Source of the DNA: Eukaryota sp. GEM-RC1
Lineage: Eukaryota
DNA length: 64,000 nt
Direction of reading: 5' to 3'
Assembly: GCA_040285855.1 (NCBI GenBank)
Contig: JAUFOQ010000002.1
Location: forward strand, 1,984,001-2,048,000
In this document: positions 25,274 through 37,251 of the stretch, piece after piece
Layout: each line of letters starts with the position of its first letter
How positions within the stretch are numbered: the stretch's first letter is position 1
Notes under the pieces: model-generated
Told to the model about the DNA's origin: nothing
The model's input: the letters and a program-made list of their open reading frames with translations, nothing else
Database searches by the model: none
Made by a program: the position numbers and the translations under genes

Positions 25274-28041
25274 TCACGAAGGTAATTCTATCACCATCTC
25301 TTCTTCCTTTATAATGAATTCTTCTTCTGAAATTACTGTCCTTTCTTCAATACACTTATGGATCCAATCAGAAGAAACAACTGTTGGAGGACATATGGTA
25401 CCGTTATTAAGTTTTCTAAGTTTGGCTTCGTTGATGACGTTTTCAATAGTATCTAATGTTGAAGAAATAACAACATGAGAACAATCAGACATGGTTGATT
25501 TTGATTGTCCACCATAGAATTCAATTAATAGTGATAAGGATACTGATTGTGGATGAAAGAAACACGAAACACCGCTGAAAAATTTAAAATTATCGAAAAA
25601 TGAGGAAATTTCCTGACGTTCATTCTCAAGGAAACTGTGATTACCATCAACATATTCATTTCCAATTTTTTGAAATATTTTCTGCAAAAACGTTTCCTCA
25701 ACAGAATAGATGAAAGAATCCCCGAATCTATCAAAATAAGGCAATATTTCATGTTCAGTCTTTTGAGAAGCCTTGTAAACAAATATAGGAGACAATGGCA
25801 ACAGCTCTGAATGACTTAAACAAAGCTCAAAATAATCAGGATGAACAAAATCAACATTTGACCTTGTTTGACTTACCAATTGAACAGAAGGACTAGACTG
25901 GTGGACTGGATGGTCAATTACAATCATTGAAAGCGAATTAGTGGGATTTTCAACAACTTTAGCTCCATTTGCGAGTAATTTCTCCCACAAATAATCATAG
26001 TCAGTTGATCTAATCTCAATCATGAGCTCTAAATGATTAAAAAGGTCGGATTCCACCTCAATCTGAGCTCTTCGTGTCAACGCTGATCTCAATGGATCAA
26101 GTTTTGAAAATTTCCTCTTGATTTTACGTGGCTTTTTCCTTGTCTTCTCCTTTGGTTTCTTGTCAACTATTTCCAACTCAACATCATTCATTGAATCATC
26201 ATAAAGCAATGACTCAGCTTCTGGATCCTGAGAATTCTCTTGACCAGAGAACAATCGCCCACCAGACTTGGCACTAGTAGAGATCAACTCAGAGAAATCA
26301 TCGACTGTCATACAATCAGCAACTGCCTTCTCACTTGCTGTTCTTATTCTGGTTACTCTAGGAAACCTCAGAGTATACCCCAAGGGATAGACTTTGGAAG
26401 TAGAGATTTGGGAAGCAGTGACGGTGACAATAAAGCTGGAATTTATATCATCAACAACGAAATTAGGCCGATCATCTGGACTTATAAATTCACCAAAATT
26501 TAAAAATCCATTATTTGGAATCGAATCAGTTGAAACTTCTGAAAAATGATCACTTTTTAATTTTGTAGTTAATTCTCTTCGATCGAGATCACTCAAACCA
26601 CCACCGACTCTAGCAACTAGCACGTATTGATTTGATTGAGGATCAAGAACACCTAAATGAATACTTGCTATTTGTTGAGATCGTTGATGATGACCAAAAG
26701 AACCCCCAATCAAAACACAATCAAGATCACTCAAAACACCGATCTCATAATCAGGTTTGAGCTTTATCCAATCACTATCACGTCCCCCAGGCTTATATTC
26801 AGAATTCACAGCTTTCACAATAGCTCCTTCTTCAGCATCAGTAATAAACTGATTAAAAACATTTGTGAGCTCTTCATGGTTGCTGACGTGACATGTCTCA
26901 ATCACCTGCAATCTAGTCGGTACCTTCTTAACCACACACTCAAGCTTCTCCCTTCTAGTAACCCATGGAACATTCAACAAGGACTCATTATTTAAATACA
27001 ACACATCAAACACCACACAACAAAGATTCAAGTTTCCTTCTTCAGCTTCTCCAGCCACAACCTTTAACGATCCAAACTCCTCAAACTTCTTGGTAGTCTT
27101 GTTATAAACTAATAACTCTCCATCGAGTATACAGTTGTCACAATCAACAGCTCCTAGAATGAGGTCAGATAACTGCTTAGAGTAACGCTCAACGTAGAGA
27201 CAACCTCTCGAGAAGACTTTAATCTCAGAGTTTTCTGATAAAGCGTGGATCTGAACTCGTTCTCCATCAAGTTTTCTTTCTACAACTAGAGGATCCCCAG
27301 GGGAGAAACATTCAGAGTAGACAGCTGCAAGAGAAGTACGTTTAGCTAGCATTGGTTTTACTGGAGTAAAGAGGGAAAGAGCGAAGAAATGAAAATCAAT
27401 CTTTTTGATTGGTCAAAGAGATCAATCACTACTTTATGAAGGTCATTTGTGATTGCTAAGTACTTCACAGCCTGTGGGTGATACACCTTTAACACAGACT
27501 CTGCACTCATTCTAAGTCTCAAGTCTTTTAGTATAATCCTGCAAATCCATTTGTGTTCAAGAGCGGAAAGTTTTAGTAACAACTCACCAATAACATTGAC
27601 TTGAACTGGAGTATCAGAGGAAGCAAGGAGATCAAGAAGACGGTTGGTTTCTGTAATAGTTATAGAGGTAGGAGCAGTAGGTTCACGAGATGATAAACAT
27701 TGAGAAAGAACTGAGGGAAAGTCACCTGCGGAAGAGTGGAGTGGTGAGGGTTGGCGATAGTGAATAAGAGCATCTCCTAGCGGAGAAGTTGAAGAGATTC
27801 CAAGAGCACCAATGTAAAGTTTAGCTAGTTTTTTCTCTTGGAGACGATAGATTCTACGTTCGCTATCAAGTGGACAGAGGAGTAATCGTAGAAATGGAAA
27901 TGGATCTGATTGATCTTTAGCATGTAGATAGCTGAAAAACTGAGTTAGAATGGACGTTCTTCGGGCTTTTTTGGATTGCAATGATAGATTCTCCAAGATT
28001 TTAGAGCATAATGAAGAGAATTTGAATGTATCAGATAACAT
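25274..28041 (-). CDS. LIG4: DNA ligase IV (DNA-binding, adenylation, OB and two BRCT domains); one homopolymer frameshift at about 27402-27406
   Basis: N-terminal DBD (YRLQEKKLAKLY, EHKWICRIILKDLRL), PVKPMLA, KLDGER (KxDG), EGAIVK, WIKLKPDY, LRFPR and C-terminal BRCT-like segments (ANGAKVV, FYGG...SSDWIHKC). Confidence 0.9.
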
Positions 28042-28204
28042 ATTGAGAGAAACAGTTTATTACGGATGGTCTTTAGCAGATCAGTAAGCACTATATGCAC
28101 TAGGGATCAAGAAAGAACTGGTTGAAAGAAACACAGAAAAATAATTGGCTAAGACAAAATCTCGAATCGTTTCCCTTCATCCTACCCAGCTCTGATAAAA
28201 CTAA

Positions 28205-28723
28205 ATGTCTAATCGACGGTTTTCCCTTGGGATCTCCTCCTTCGAGGATATACCCTTAGACCAAATAGCTCTTGTAAATAGACATGCAGAGGGTTACTTT
28301 AGAGGACAAGTCTCTCGTGATCAGCTTCTGCAGATCTTGGCAAACTTTCACGCAAGATTCTCATCACTAGTCTCTCTTCCTACTGTTGATCAAATGTTTG
28401 CTCAAATAGTTTCTACTTCAGCTGCCAGAAAAGGTAGTTCTTCCGCTTTTGATAGCCCCATCATCAACATCTTTCGCAAAGTTTCTCATGAACACAACTG
28501 TCACCATCTCAAACTTCAGAAATCCTCCATTGTTACCATCGAATCAGCTCTTGATGTTCTTGTATCTCGAATCTTGGTTCATTCTCTTAACTCTTTGAAC
28601 GAAAGAGATACGCTGGACGATTCTTTTTCTAAGTCTCGGAGCAACGTCGTTACAATTAGAGAACTTGATCAAGTTTTTAAGTCTCTTTTCCCTTGTTTTA
28701 AATTCTCTCGAACTGTGGATTGA
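28205..28723 (+). CDS. Histone-fold (H2B/TAF12-like) protein with a short helical N-terminal domain
   Basis: SAFDSPIINIFRKV...SSIVTIESALDVLVSRILVHS...VVTIRELDQVFKSLFP aligns by eye with H2B helices 1-3 (YIYKVLKQV...MNSFVNDIFERIA...TITSREIQTAVRLLLP). Confidence 0.55.
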   Translation: MSNRRFSLGISSFEDIPLDQIALVNRHAEGYFRGQVSRDQLLQILANFHARFSSLVSLPTVDQMFAQIVSTSAARKGSSSAFDSPIINIFRKVSHEHNCHHLKLQKSSIVTIESALDVLVSRILVHSLNSLNERDTLDDSFSKSRSNVVTIRELDQVFKSLFPCFKFSRTVD

Positions 28724-28859
28724 TCTGATCTCTGTTTTTAATTTATTTTTAATTTATTACTTTATTTGATTGAAATTTTATCAATCATTAATGTGTTTTT
28801 AATGAGGTCTGGTGATAATTTATGGTATTTCACACCGAAAGTTCATAATATTTTAAAAT

Positions 28860-30145
28860 TTAGTTGAATAAATAGTCAAATAATGGTATCAGAACCAATA
28901 CCATTGGGACTGATATTATTGTAGAAGTTGATATACTAAAAACAGTAGACATTTTGTCTAATCCAAAATCTAATAAAAAGATGTTAGTAGCAGTAACTGG
29001 CAAAATAGCATTAATAAACATTACACAAAACCAGGAGGATGGAATTAAACCAAACAATAACAGAGAGCCAAAGATTATAAATACAATTATTGGAGATATT
29101 AGAAAATTTAAAAAGAGGGTGTACCTCGTTGCTTGAAGTGACAGCTCGTCATCTTCAGCAATTTTGGGTTTAACAATTGTTTTGGAAAGTTTGGAAAATT
29201 TTAAATCTTCTGCTTTTACTCCAGCACCAGCGTAATACAAACCAAAAGGTACACAAAACGCTGATAATAAATGAATAACGTCACCAAATAGACCTAAATC
29301 TTTGAGTGAGAAATCAATTGTCTTTTTTAAGGTAATTGAAACAACAATCACTACAATCAAAAGAAAAGGAAACAACTGTAAGAACAGAGGCAATCCAGGA
29401 GGTTTTTTGACTGGTGATGGTTCTTCTTTTGAAACAAGAACTTCTTTCGAAGATACTTGATCGTTTGAACTAACTGTATTTCCAGATTCCTCCTCATTCT
29501 GAACCACTTCATCAACAACATTAACCATCTCAATAGAGACCTCAACAGTTTCATCATCATTGTTGCTGTGCGTCTCAAGAACTTCGTCATCATTACGGTC
29601 AGATGACGTTTCTTTTTGAGTCTCTTGATCCTCCTTAGTTTCTAATGTCGTGGCTTTTGATTTCTTGTCCATCAGAGAGAGAATGAAAGGGCAGACTGCA
29701 AAAGAAAGACACCGTACAGGGCGATGAAAAGAGCGGCAGGGATTGACCATGGTTCTACTGCTAATAGAGCACCACCAATGAAAGCTGATGATCGTCCTTG
29801 ATTGGTGAAGCAAGACTTGATGAAGAGAGACGAATCTGATGTGGAAAGAGACAACTTGTTGGATTGTTTGGATGAGAGGATGTAGGATACGGTGTACAGG
29901 ATAGAAGTGACCAGCATTGAAATAACACTGAAAGAGAGTTCAGAAAGACCAAACTCAACATTGAGGAATAATCTAAAGATAAGCAGAGGAATGAATACAA
30001 AGAGGAGAATCCTACCAAAGAGCTTCATGCGACGACCCACTGAATCGGCAGTGAAAGTCTTTACTAAAAAGTGGTTGACAAAGAAACCAAGAACGATCCA
30101 CGGTAGTGCCCATAAACCAGAGATGTAAGGAACAATTCGTAACAT
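28860..30145 (-). CDS. AEC-family (auxin efflux carrier/malate permease-like) membrane transporter; frameshift at about 29700
   Basis: Two hydrophobic multi-TM halves separated by an acidic loop. Motifs FIPLLIF, NxxxxxFIG, PFGLYYAG, LISPII and AILPVT. Adding one T joins the ORFs. Confidence 0.65.
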
Positions 30146-30307
30146 TTTGGACAAGAAAAGTTAAGTAAACGAAAAAAGAACAAAAGTTGAGCCCACCTTT
30201 ACGTTACAGAGATCGAAGATATTCCTTATCTCAAAGTACTTTCATCAGGAAACTTTCACTCCTCCTACGATGATTCTGATGCTATCAAAGCAGATATTTG
30301 TCCAAAA

Positions 30308-30877
30308 TTGTTCAACGTTGTGCTACGTTATGTAAAAACACGCAAACGCCGTGAGTTGTTCTCACAACTCATTCCAACAGAAACCGGAATCACAGACCTT
30401 TTCATACTTCTTGACTATCTTCAAGTAACTTATAATCCATTGGAGAGACCAAATTATTCACTGGATGACTATCAAAAACTTATCACGAATGTTAATGATC
30501 AATATGTGAAAGTCTGTCGTAAGGTGTATGAGAAGGTTCAATCCGGTGATAGATCAAATGCTCGGGATGCAGCAACATGCTTAGCTTTGGATGTTGCCAA
30601 TGGGATATTCAATCTTCGAGATTCTAGAGTAAGAAGTCGTTTGTACAACTTGGTATTGTTTGTAGTGTCACACAACGCAACGTTTAAGCGTTGTTTCCGT
30701 CTCAATTTCATGAATTTAATTAGATCCAAGATCACCTTTTCTATTAAGCAAGAAAACCAGATCAATCAGTGGCTTTCAAAACCAGAATATCTGAGAGAGG
30801 AGGAAACTGACTGTACAACTGAAGAAGAGTGTGATGATGATTTTGATTATTATGGTTCAGATATGGATTACTATTGA
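30308..30877 (+). CDS. Hypothetical protein with an acidic C-terminus (start uncertain)
   Basis: 189-codon ORF with protein-like composition and no recognised motif. Confidence 0.5.
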   Translation: MFNVVLRYVKTRKRRELFSQLIPTETGITDLFILLDYLQVTYNPLERPNYSLDDYQKLITNVNDQYVKVCRKVYEKVQSGDRSNARDAATCLALDVANGIFNLRDSRVRSRLYNLVLFVVSHNATFKRCFRLNFMNLIRSKITFSIKQENQINQWLSKPEYLREEETDCTTEEECDDDFDYYGSDMDYY

Positions 30878-31398
30878 AGACGATATTTTTGTAGAAACTC
30901 TAAATGTATACAATTAGGTCACCACGTGTAATAAGGTCTGAACGGAGACTATTATTTTAAAGCCTGGAAGACTGTTAGTTTCTCGTATTGTAGTCACCAG
31001 ACTAATGAAGTGCTTTTCATCATCTGTATGTATTGTTGGGTGTATTTTTGAAATAACAAAATTTACATCTCGAGAGCAAAGTATTTGGTTATACAAACGG
31101 GTTTATAATCAATCAGCGACATATATAATTGCTTTTGCAAATAATAAAGACGATCAGACACCAATTAATGTAGACTCTAAACTATGATCCTTCTTGGTTA
31201 TATGATTTCTGGTCATTTATTCACTTTTGCTAGATAACCTTGATCACTGTCATTGCGATGAATTTAGACTTTCCAACACAATTCAATAATGCGATGTGTT
31301 CAAAAGTTGCCTGATTTTGATTATAAATACAGATAAATTTACCATCATTTAATACTACAAAGTAGCTCAATTATGCGAGACAACTAACAAAGAACACT

Positions 31399-34300
31399 CT
31401 ATAAATCATTTAAATATTGTGCATACGAACTCTTAGTTGCATCTGTAACTGCATCCAGAATTTTTGAATCATCGAGACTAATTTTCCGTACCCTATCCTT
31501 TGAAATTCGTTCAGAAAAGTAGTTTTCCATTCGGTCAAAGTGGCGTCCATTTTTCAAGGGACAAATGAACAAAGAAATCCCTTGATTCTGAACCTGATCG
31601 ATGATTGCGTCGAATCGATCCTCCCACATGATACCATTCTGATCACACGACGGGTAATCATCGAAGCCATCAACATCACGTGATCCTGCAAATCGTTCTC
31701 CATGGTTAGGAGCATCACCGATAATGAAAATGATTCGATGTCCTGATGGCCACTGTTGGTGTAGAATAGTATCTAATCCAGTGCAAATGTCTTCTGCATA
31801 ATCATCTCCACCAACAGCTTTAACTTTCGCGATCTTGGTAGCTAACACCTCGCTGGTATCAAACGGAATAATCTCTACATTATAGCGAATATCTCTAAAA
31901 GCACAAAATGAGAAAGATATCGACAGAGACTCATCGGCATAACCTTTTCGCTGCGCTTGTTTTCTAACATACAAATTGAGAACTTCAGCCATTTCCAGGA
32001 TTTGATCAGAAGTTTGTTTAATATAAGGTCCCATAGAATAAGTGGCATCAAATACAAAAGCAACTGACAAATCCAGGTCAAGATTTTGTTTTGTGAAGTC
32101 CTCCTCATTGATCCGTGAAAGCAAAGACGAGTCAGTGTTCAAAGATGGCATAGGCATAATGGGAGGATTGATTGTTCTACTAGTAGTACTTCTAGGACTG
32201 TTCAAATCAGAAACAAGATAAGAAAATTCGCCAGAATCACAAGGCCAATGACCAAACCTTTTTACGTGATTTTCTTTTGTTTCGGACTTCAAATAATTGC
32301 AGTTCTTATATTTTTTGCAGTGAAATGGAATAAGATCTATCCCATCATGGTGGTGAGTAAATCGATGAAGTGCAACATCCAGCTCATCACAATTGGAGCC
32401 CATTGGACACGACGGTAAATCATCAAAATGAATGTAAAGCTGGGCGTGCTTGGGACAGGGATCTTTACAATTCTTTCCAGAACGACAAACATGTCTGAAG
32501 TTCTCTAAATGGTCTTGAACTTCATCTTTATCTTGATCTTTAGGCTTTTTGTAGAAATGCTTACAAGTAAATGGAAATTTACAAATAGGTTTTTGATTGT
32601 CAGAAGGAATATCAGACGGAATATATACATGCACAAGAGCTTGAGGTGATTGTACATGAGGAAAGTCAGGTTTGGGGAAAGTTTCTTTTAATACATTGAG
32701 TTTCTCTGGAGAAAGACCCAGTTCCACATTAGTTAGGGGAAACAAAGCAAGCAGAAGTACTGCTATTGAGTGAAAACGAGAATTTAGCGACACAATCAGT
32801 TCGTCCTTTTAATTGGGAACACGAGTAGCGTAAACAATCAAATTTGAAATCAGGATTCGTTCTGAAAAAGCCAATAGTGACATCTTCAACATCAATGACG
32901 ACTGCAAATGATAAATACACATCAGCCAATCTACAACTGTGATATAGAAGAGTAGAAGCTAATGGAATATCAGCTTCTGTTGCCACGGCTGATGGAAATA
33001 AGGATACAGTACCATTGTTGAAATGAAATGAATATTGTAGAGAATCAATTTCAACAATGAAAGAAAAGTTGCCAATAGCATTCACACTGAATTGAGCTCC
33101 GAGTTCCTTATCAAAGGGGATAGTTAGTGGAAATTGAACCCAAGATCCACCATGAGGAGTTAAGAGAACATTAAAACCAGGAAGAGGATCAACACTGTCA
33201 CGTGAAAGTTGTATCATATGCTGCCCATACTCTGGTGAACCGACGTCACCAGTGGTAAGAACCAAGAATCCAGGCTCTTTTAGATTCATTGAATTCAATT
33301 CTTCTTTTGTTGAATTGGGAAGAGCATCGAATACTATTTTAGGCATTAAAATATGAACAACATCGGTGAAAGAAACTTTCGAAGGCAAGTGACATTCCAA
33401 CATATAATGACTATCAGTTTGGATGTAGGATCTCCTCACTGAAGCAGCAGATGCAGTGTCGTAATCAAATCCACTGATTTTGTGTTTCGTGTTATCGGCC
33501 CTGGTTAACTGATCGAGGGTGAGACAAAGGTCCTTAGCGAGTGTGGTTGAGGCATCCTCGACGCCTAAATTTTGAATCAAATTGAAATAATTCGACGGTC
33601 GTTGAGATTCATCATTTGGAGTCTTAATATATGGACGATATTTGATAGAACCAACATGGCTGTAATACATAGTAGCAGCAGTCATATGAGTAAATGAAGA
33701 CGGCAGACGAGACAACGAGGACTTAAAGAATACAGAAACCGGGCCATACTTTTGGTTGGTATTTGGACCCAAAATAGAAAAAATTGTACGATTCGTCAAC
33801 AGCTTCTGGTCAGTGGCGAAATTGATACCAATACTATCTTCATCTTGTTTCCCGCTATGTTGCTGCTTACTTCGTCTATTTAGCTCAATCGCTGCTTGTG
33901 CAATTTCAAAAGCTAATTCTCCTAATTTCGTTTTTTCTTCTTCAGAAAGATCCTTACACCCCTGAAGAACTCTTATTTGTTTGGAGTAGTCAAACGTTTG
34001 TGATAACTTAACGTTCATTTCAATTTCAGTAAACAGTTTTAGGTAACTGGCCGCTTGATCTTGGTATTTGTAATCCATCAATTTGTAATGTGAAGAAGCA
34101 ACATTGTCTGCCACAAACTTGGGGTTATTTAAATTATTTTGCATGAAATGTGCAGAATAGAAGGCTCCGTGAGTGATAGAGGAAGCTAATAAATCTCCTC
34201 TAATACGATGAACTGGACGAAATCGCATTATTAACTTGGCTAGTTCTCTCAAGTTAGCTGGATTTGGTGACGGAAGAAGATGAGATAACCTCTTTTCATT

Positions 34301-37251
34301 GGCAAAATAATCAAGGGTTTCTGTGGCATCCCTCAAATCAGGTAATATATTTCCTACAATGTTAATAATTTTACTGGATGGGTGTGACAACTGGGAAACA
34401 TGATTATAATCATGCTGAAGTGTACAAGTTGATCCCTTATCACACAAAGGCCTAAAATCGAGGACTCCTTCATGAGAAAACGTTTTTAAGTGTAATTCGT
34501 CAACTGAATCACAAGCAGAGATAGAACACATGGGACGTTCTAAATGGACAAAAGATTCACAATGTTTTTCATCATTTCGCATAGGACAACGACAACCCTT
34601 ACAACAAATTATACGAGTATCTTTGGTTTGGCAATGTACAAAAGGGTTGTGATCAATAGGATAAGGATGTTCATAATCGTCAATATGTTGACTGGTCAGA
34701 TCCGTGCAATTGAGTGTGGTGCAGATGTGACGTTTATGGTGAAACATACACTCTGGAGAATTGCATCTTTTCCCAAACTTACATAAAGCACGATGATAAA
34801 ACTCTTTTTTGTGACGAGTCGACTTGTTAGAACACGAATTTGATTGGGGACAAACTGGTGCATGTAAGAAATATAAATCGTGGGTGGCATCATTTTGATG
34901 AAGAACACAGTCAGAGTAATTTTTACAACGTTCAGCATGTTTGCAAAGCAATCTATGTGATTGACACCAACTTAATGAACAGGACTGAGGATCAAAACAC
35001 CAGTCAGTATGAACAAAGGTGTTTATATGATTGGGATCCAAAACACTGTGACAATTTTTGAAGAGGTCATGACAAGGAATCATACAAGAATCGGTTTTTG
35101 GTACATAGTTGAATAATGAAAACAAATGTACATATAACGTGAAATCATTTGTTGTTGTAAAGACAATTTTCTTGAAGAATTTTCCATACCAGGACACAAG
35201 AAGGGCTATAATGTTGACGTGAGGCAGCTTGGGGTTCCGGAAAGCTCCACATCCCATTGGAGAAATAACAAGGTGAGTTACCTTATGGGTAATTGCACTG
35301 AGAAACACAGACAACCAACGATAGAAAGTTGTAATAAAATCTTCTTTGTTCTTAAAATCTTGGTCATCAGCAGGTAACAACACAGACAAGTCGGGACGCT
35401 CAATTGCAGCACATGAAATAATGTTAATAGAGTAAGGCTGTGGAAGAGACTGTAAGGAGTTAATTTCAGAATGTCGGAATATTTCAATATTTTCAGAAAA
35501 TATCACATCAATGTTACTTTTTTTCCAGGGATACGTGATTTGCTTCCGATTGCAACCATCGATGTTATCAGGATGAAGTGCAGCAGCCAATGTTGTTCTT
35601 CTAAATAAAGACTCTTCTTGAGCAGAAGCTCCAGTTAGATAACCACCTCCAGGGTGATTTTCATTTGCCATGTTTAGCACTGCAATTTTAAAATATGTTT
35701 CAGTGACAGTTTCGTTGAATATTTCAATTGCACAATCCAAACAGTCCATGTTTTTCTTTTCAAACTGAACTGAACGTTGAACTGAAGTATCATAGACCTG
35801 TTTGGACAGTTGCTTGTAACAATAACAATAATTCCGTATTTGTCCAGTATGTAACTCAATGACGTTACTAACAGAGTCATGTATATAATAGTTCCGTGAT
35901 AAGCACTCCAATGTTGACCGTTGCACTATAATATACACTAACTTCAACGTCGATGTGACATGACGCGAACAAGCACTTAAAGCAGATATATAGCTTGAAA
36001 AGAGCGAAGGACGTTATCAGAAACACCTTCAGTCAAGTCAAACCAAGCAGGATAATAATTGTTTAACAGTTGATCCATATTGCGTTCACCGCATAGAACT
36101 TTTGGAAGGGGATAAGCAGCATTAAATTCAGAACAAAGAATGATCTCATAATCAATTCCGGAGACAGTAAACGTTGATCCTTTCGGTAAAGAAAGATCAT
36201 TGTGACCCCAATACAGAAGAGATCTACTGGAAACATCAGTTGTTAAGGAATCTAAGGAGAAATCGAATTTTTCCGCAAAGGAAGAGATGAGGGCATTATC
36301 AACTGATACAAATGGCACAAAAACAATTTCAAATGTTTTTTGATACATTCGATGGTTAAAAGCTTCAAATCTGGCTGATACTCCAATTCCTTCCAAATGA
36401 GATTTGAAAGTTTCGTTGAATGAATCGATATCAATTTCTTGGTTTGAACACACTCGGAGCTGATAGTGTTTAGTTTTGGCGTTAGCTGTGTTTGAATTGG
36501 AAGTTTTACTTTTCCATGTGACAGTATAATCCGAGTTTAGACTGAGAACTTGTTGAAATTTCTCGGACAAAAGATCAGGAACAAAGGTTATCATGAATTT
36601 GGAGTGATATAGGAAGACTTGTACTTTGCAGGGTGATGTTTGTTGGATATTGAAGCATTCGCCTGAACACAGACGCTCTTCCCAGCGTTGTTGTTGGTCA
36701 TTTGATGTGAAAGAAAGCCTTATTGGACAGATTCCTTGGGATTTGTTACCTGGAAACTCGACAATAGGAGATGAATCCATTGATGCAATAGTCCACAATT
36801 GTGTAATAATAGAATTCCATCTACATGTAGTTTCTTCATTTTTAGTCTTCTTACATTGAGTTAGGCGAAGGTAATAGTTGCCATGAACAGTAGGAAATGG
36901 ATGGGTTTCGACACGAAGCTGTGAGAGACCATGAGGAGAAGGAGAAGGCTTCAGAAAAGATTCAATGTGAGTGTGAGGGGAAGTTGATTCCTTGGAGTAA
37001 GCACGGGGAAGAGGTTGAGGGGACACACTGTCGAGGAAATTGTAGTCCTCCATGTGTGGCTTTTTTGAAGGAGTGTCATTTGATCCCGACAATCGGTGAC
37101 GTCGAGGACTTTGCTCAGCAGAATCAGAAGCACGAGGACTAGAAGTGTTTTTAATCCTAATAGGGCTCCATCTTCCAAGCGTTGAACATACGTTACGTAC
37201 AATTCTGCGAATATATCTTTCCGGAGGAGGAGAATCTTCACCGTTTTCCAT
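31399..37251 (-). CDS. About 1950 aa protein: N-terminal domain, PARG-type macrodomain (TIGR02452/DUF2263-like), PBZ-like Zn fingers, putative ART-fold domain, beta-rich domain, PBZ fingers, vWA
   Basis: VLNMANENHPGGGYLTGASAQEESLFRRT and GCGAFRNP; C-x5-C-x6/7-H-x3/4-(F/Y)xH fingers; vWA AFVFDATYSM...GGDDYAED...IGDAPNHG. Three ORFs join through 1 nt changes at homopolymers (about 36000 and 32737). Confidence 0.8.

Noticed and set aside
27400..27410. Programmed -1 frameshift in LIG4
   Set aside because: There is no full X XXY YYZ heptamer, and the same 1 nt pattern recurs at many unrelated homopolymers.
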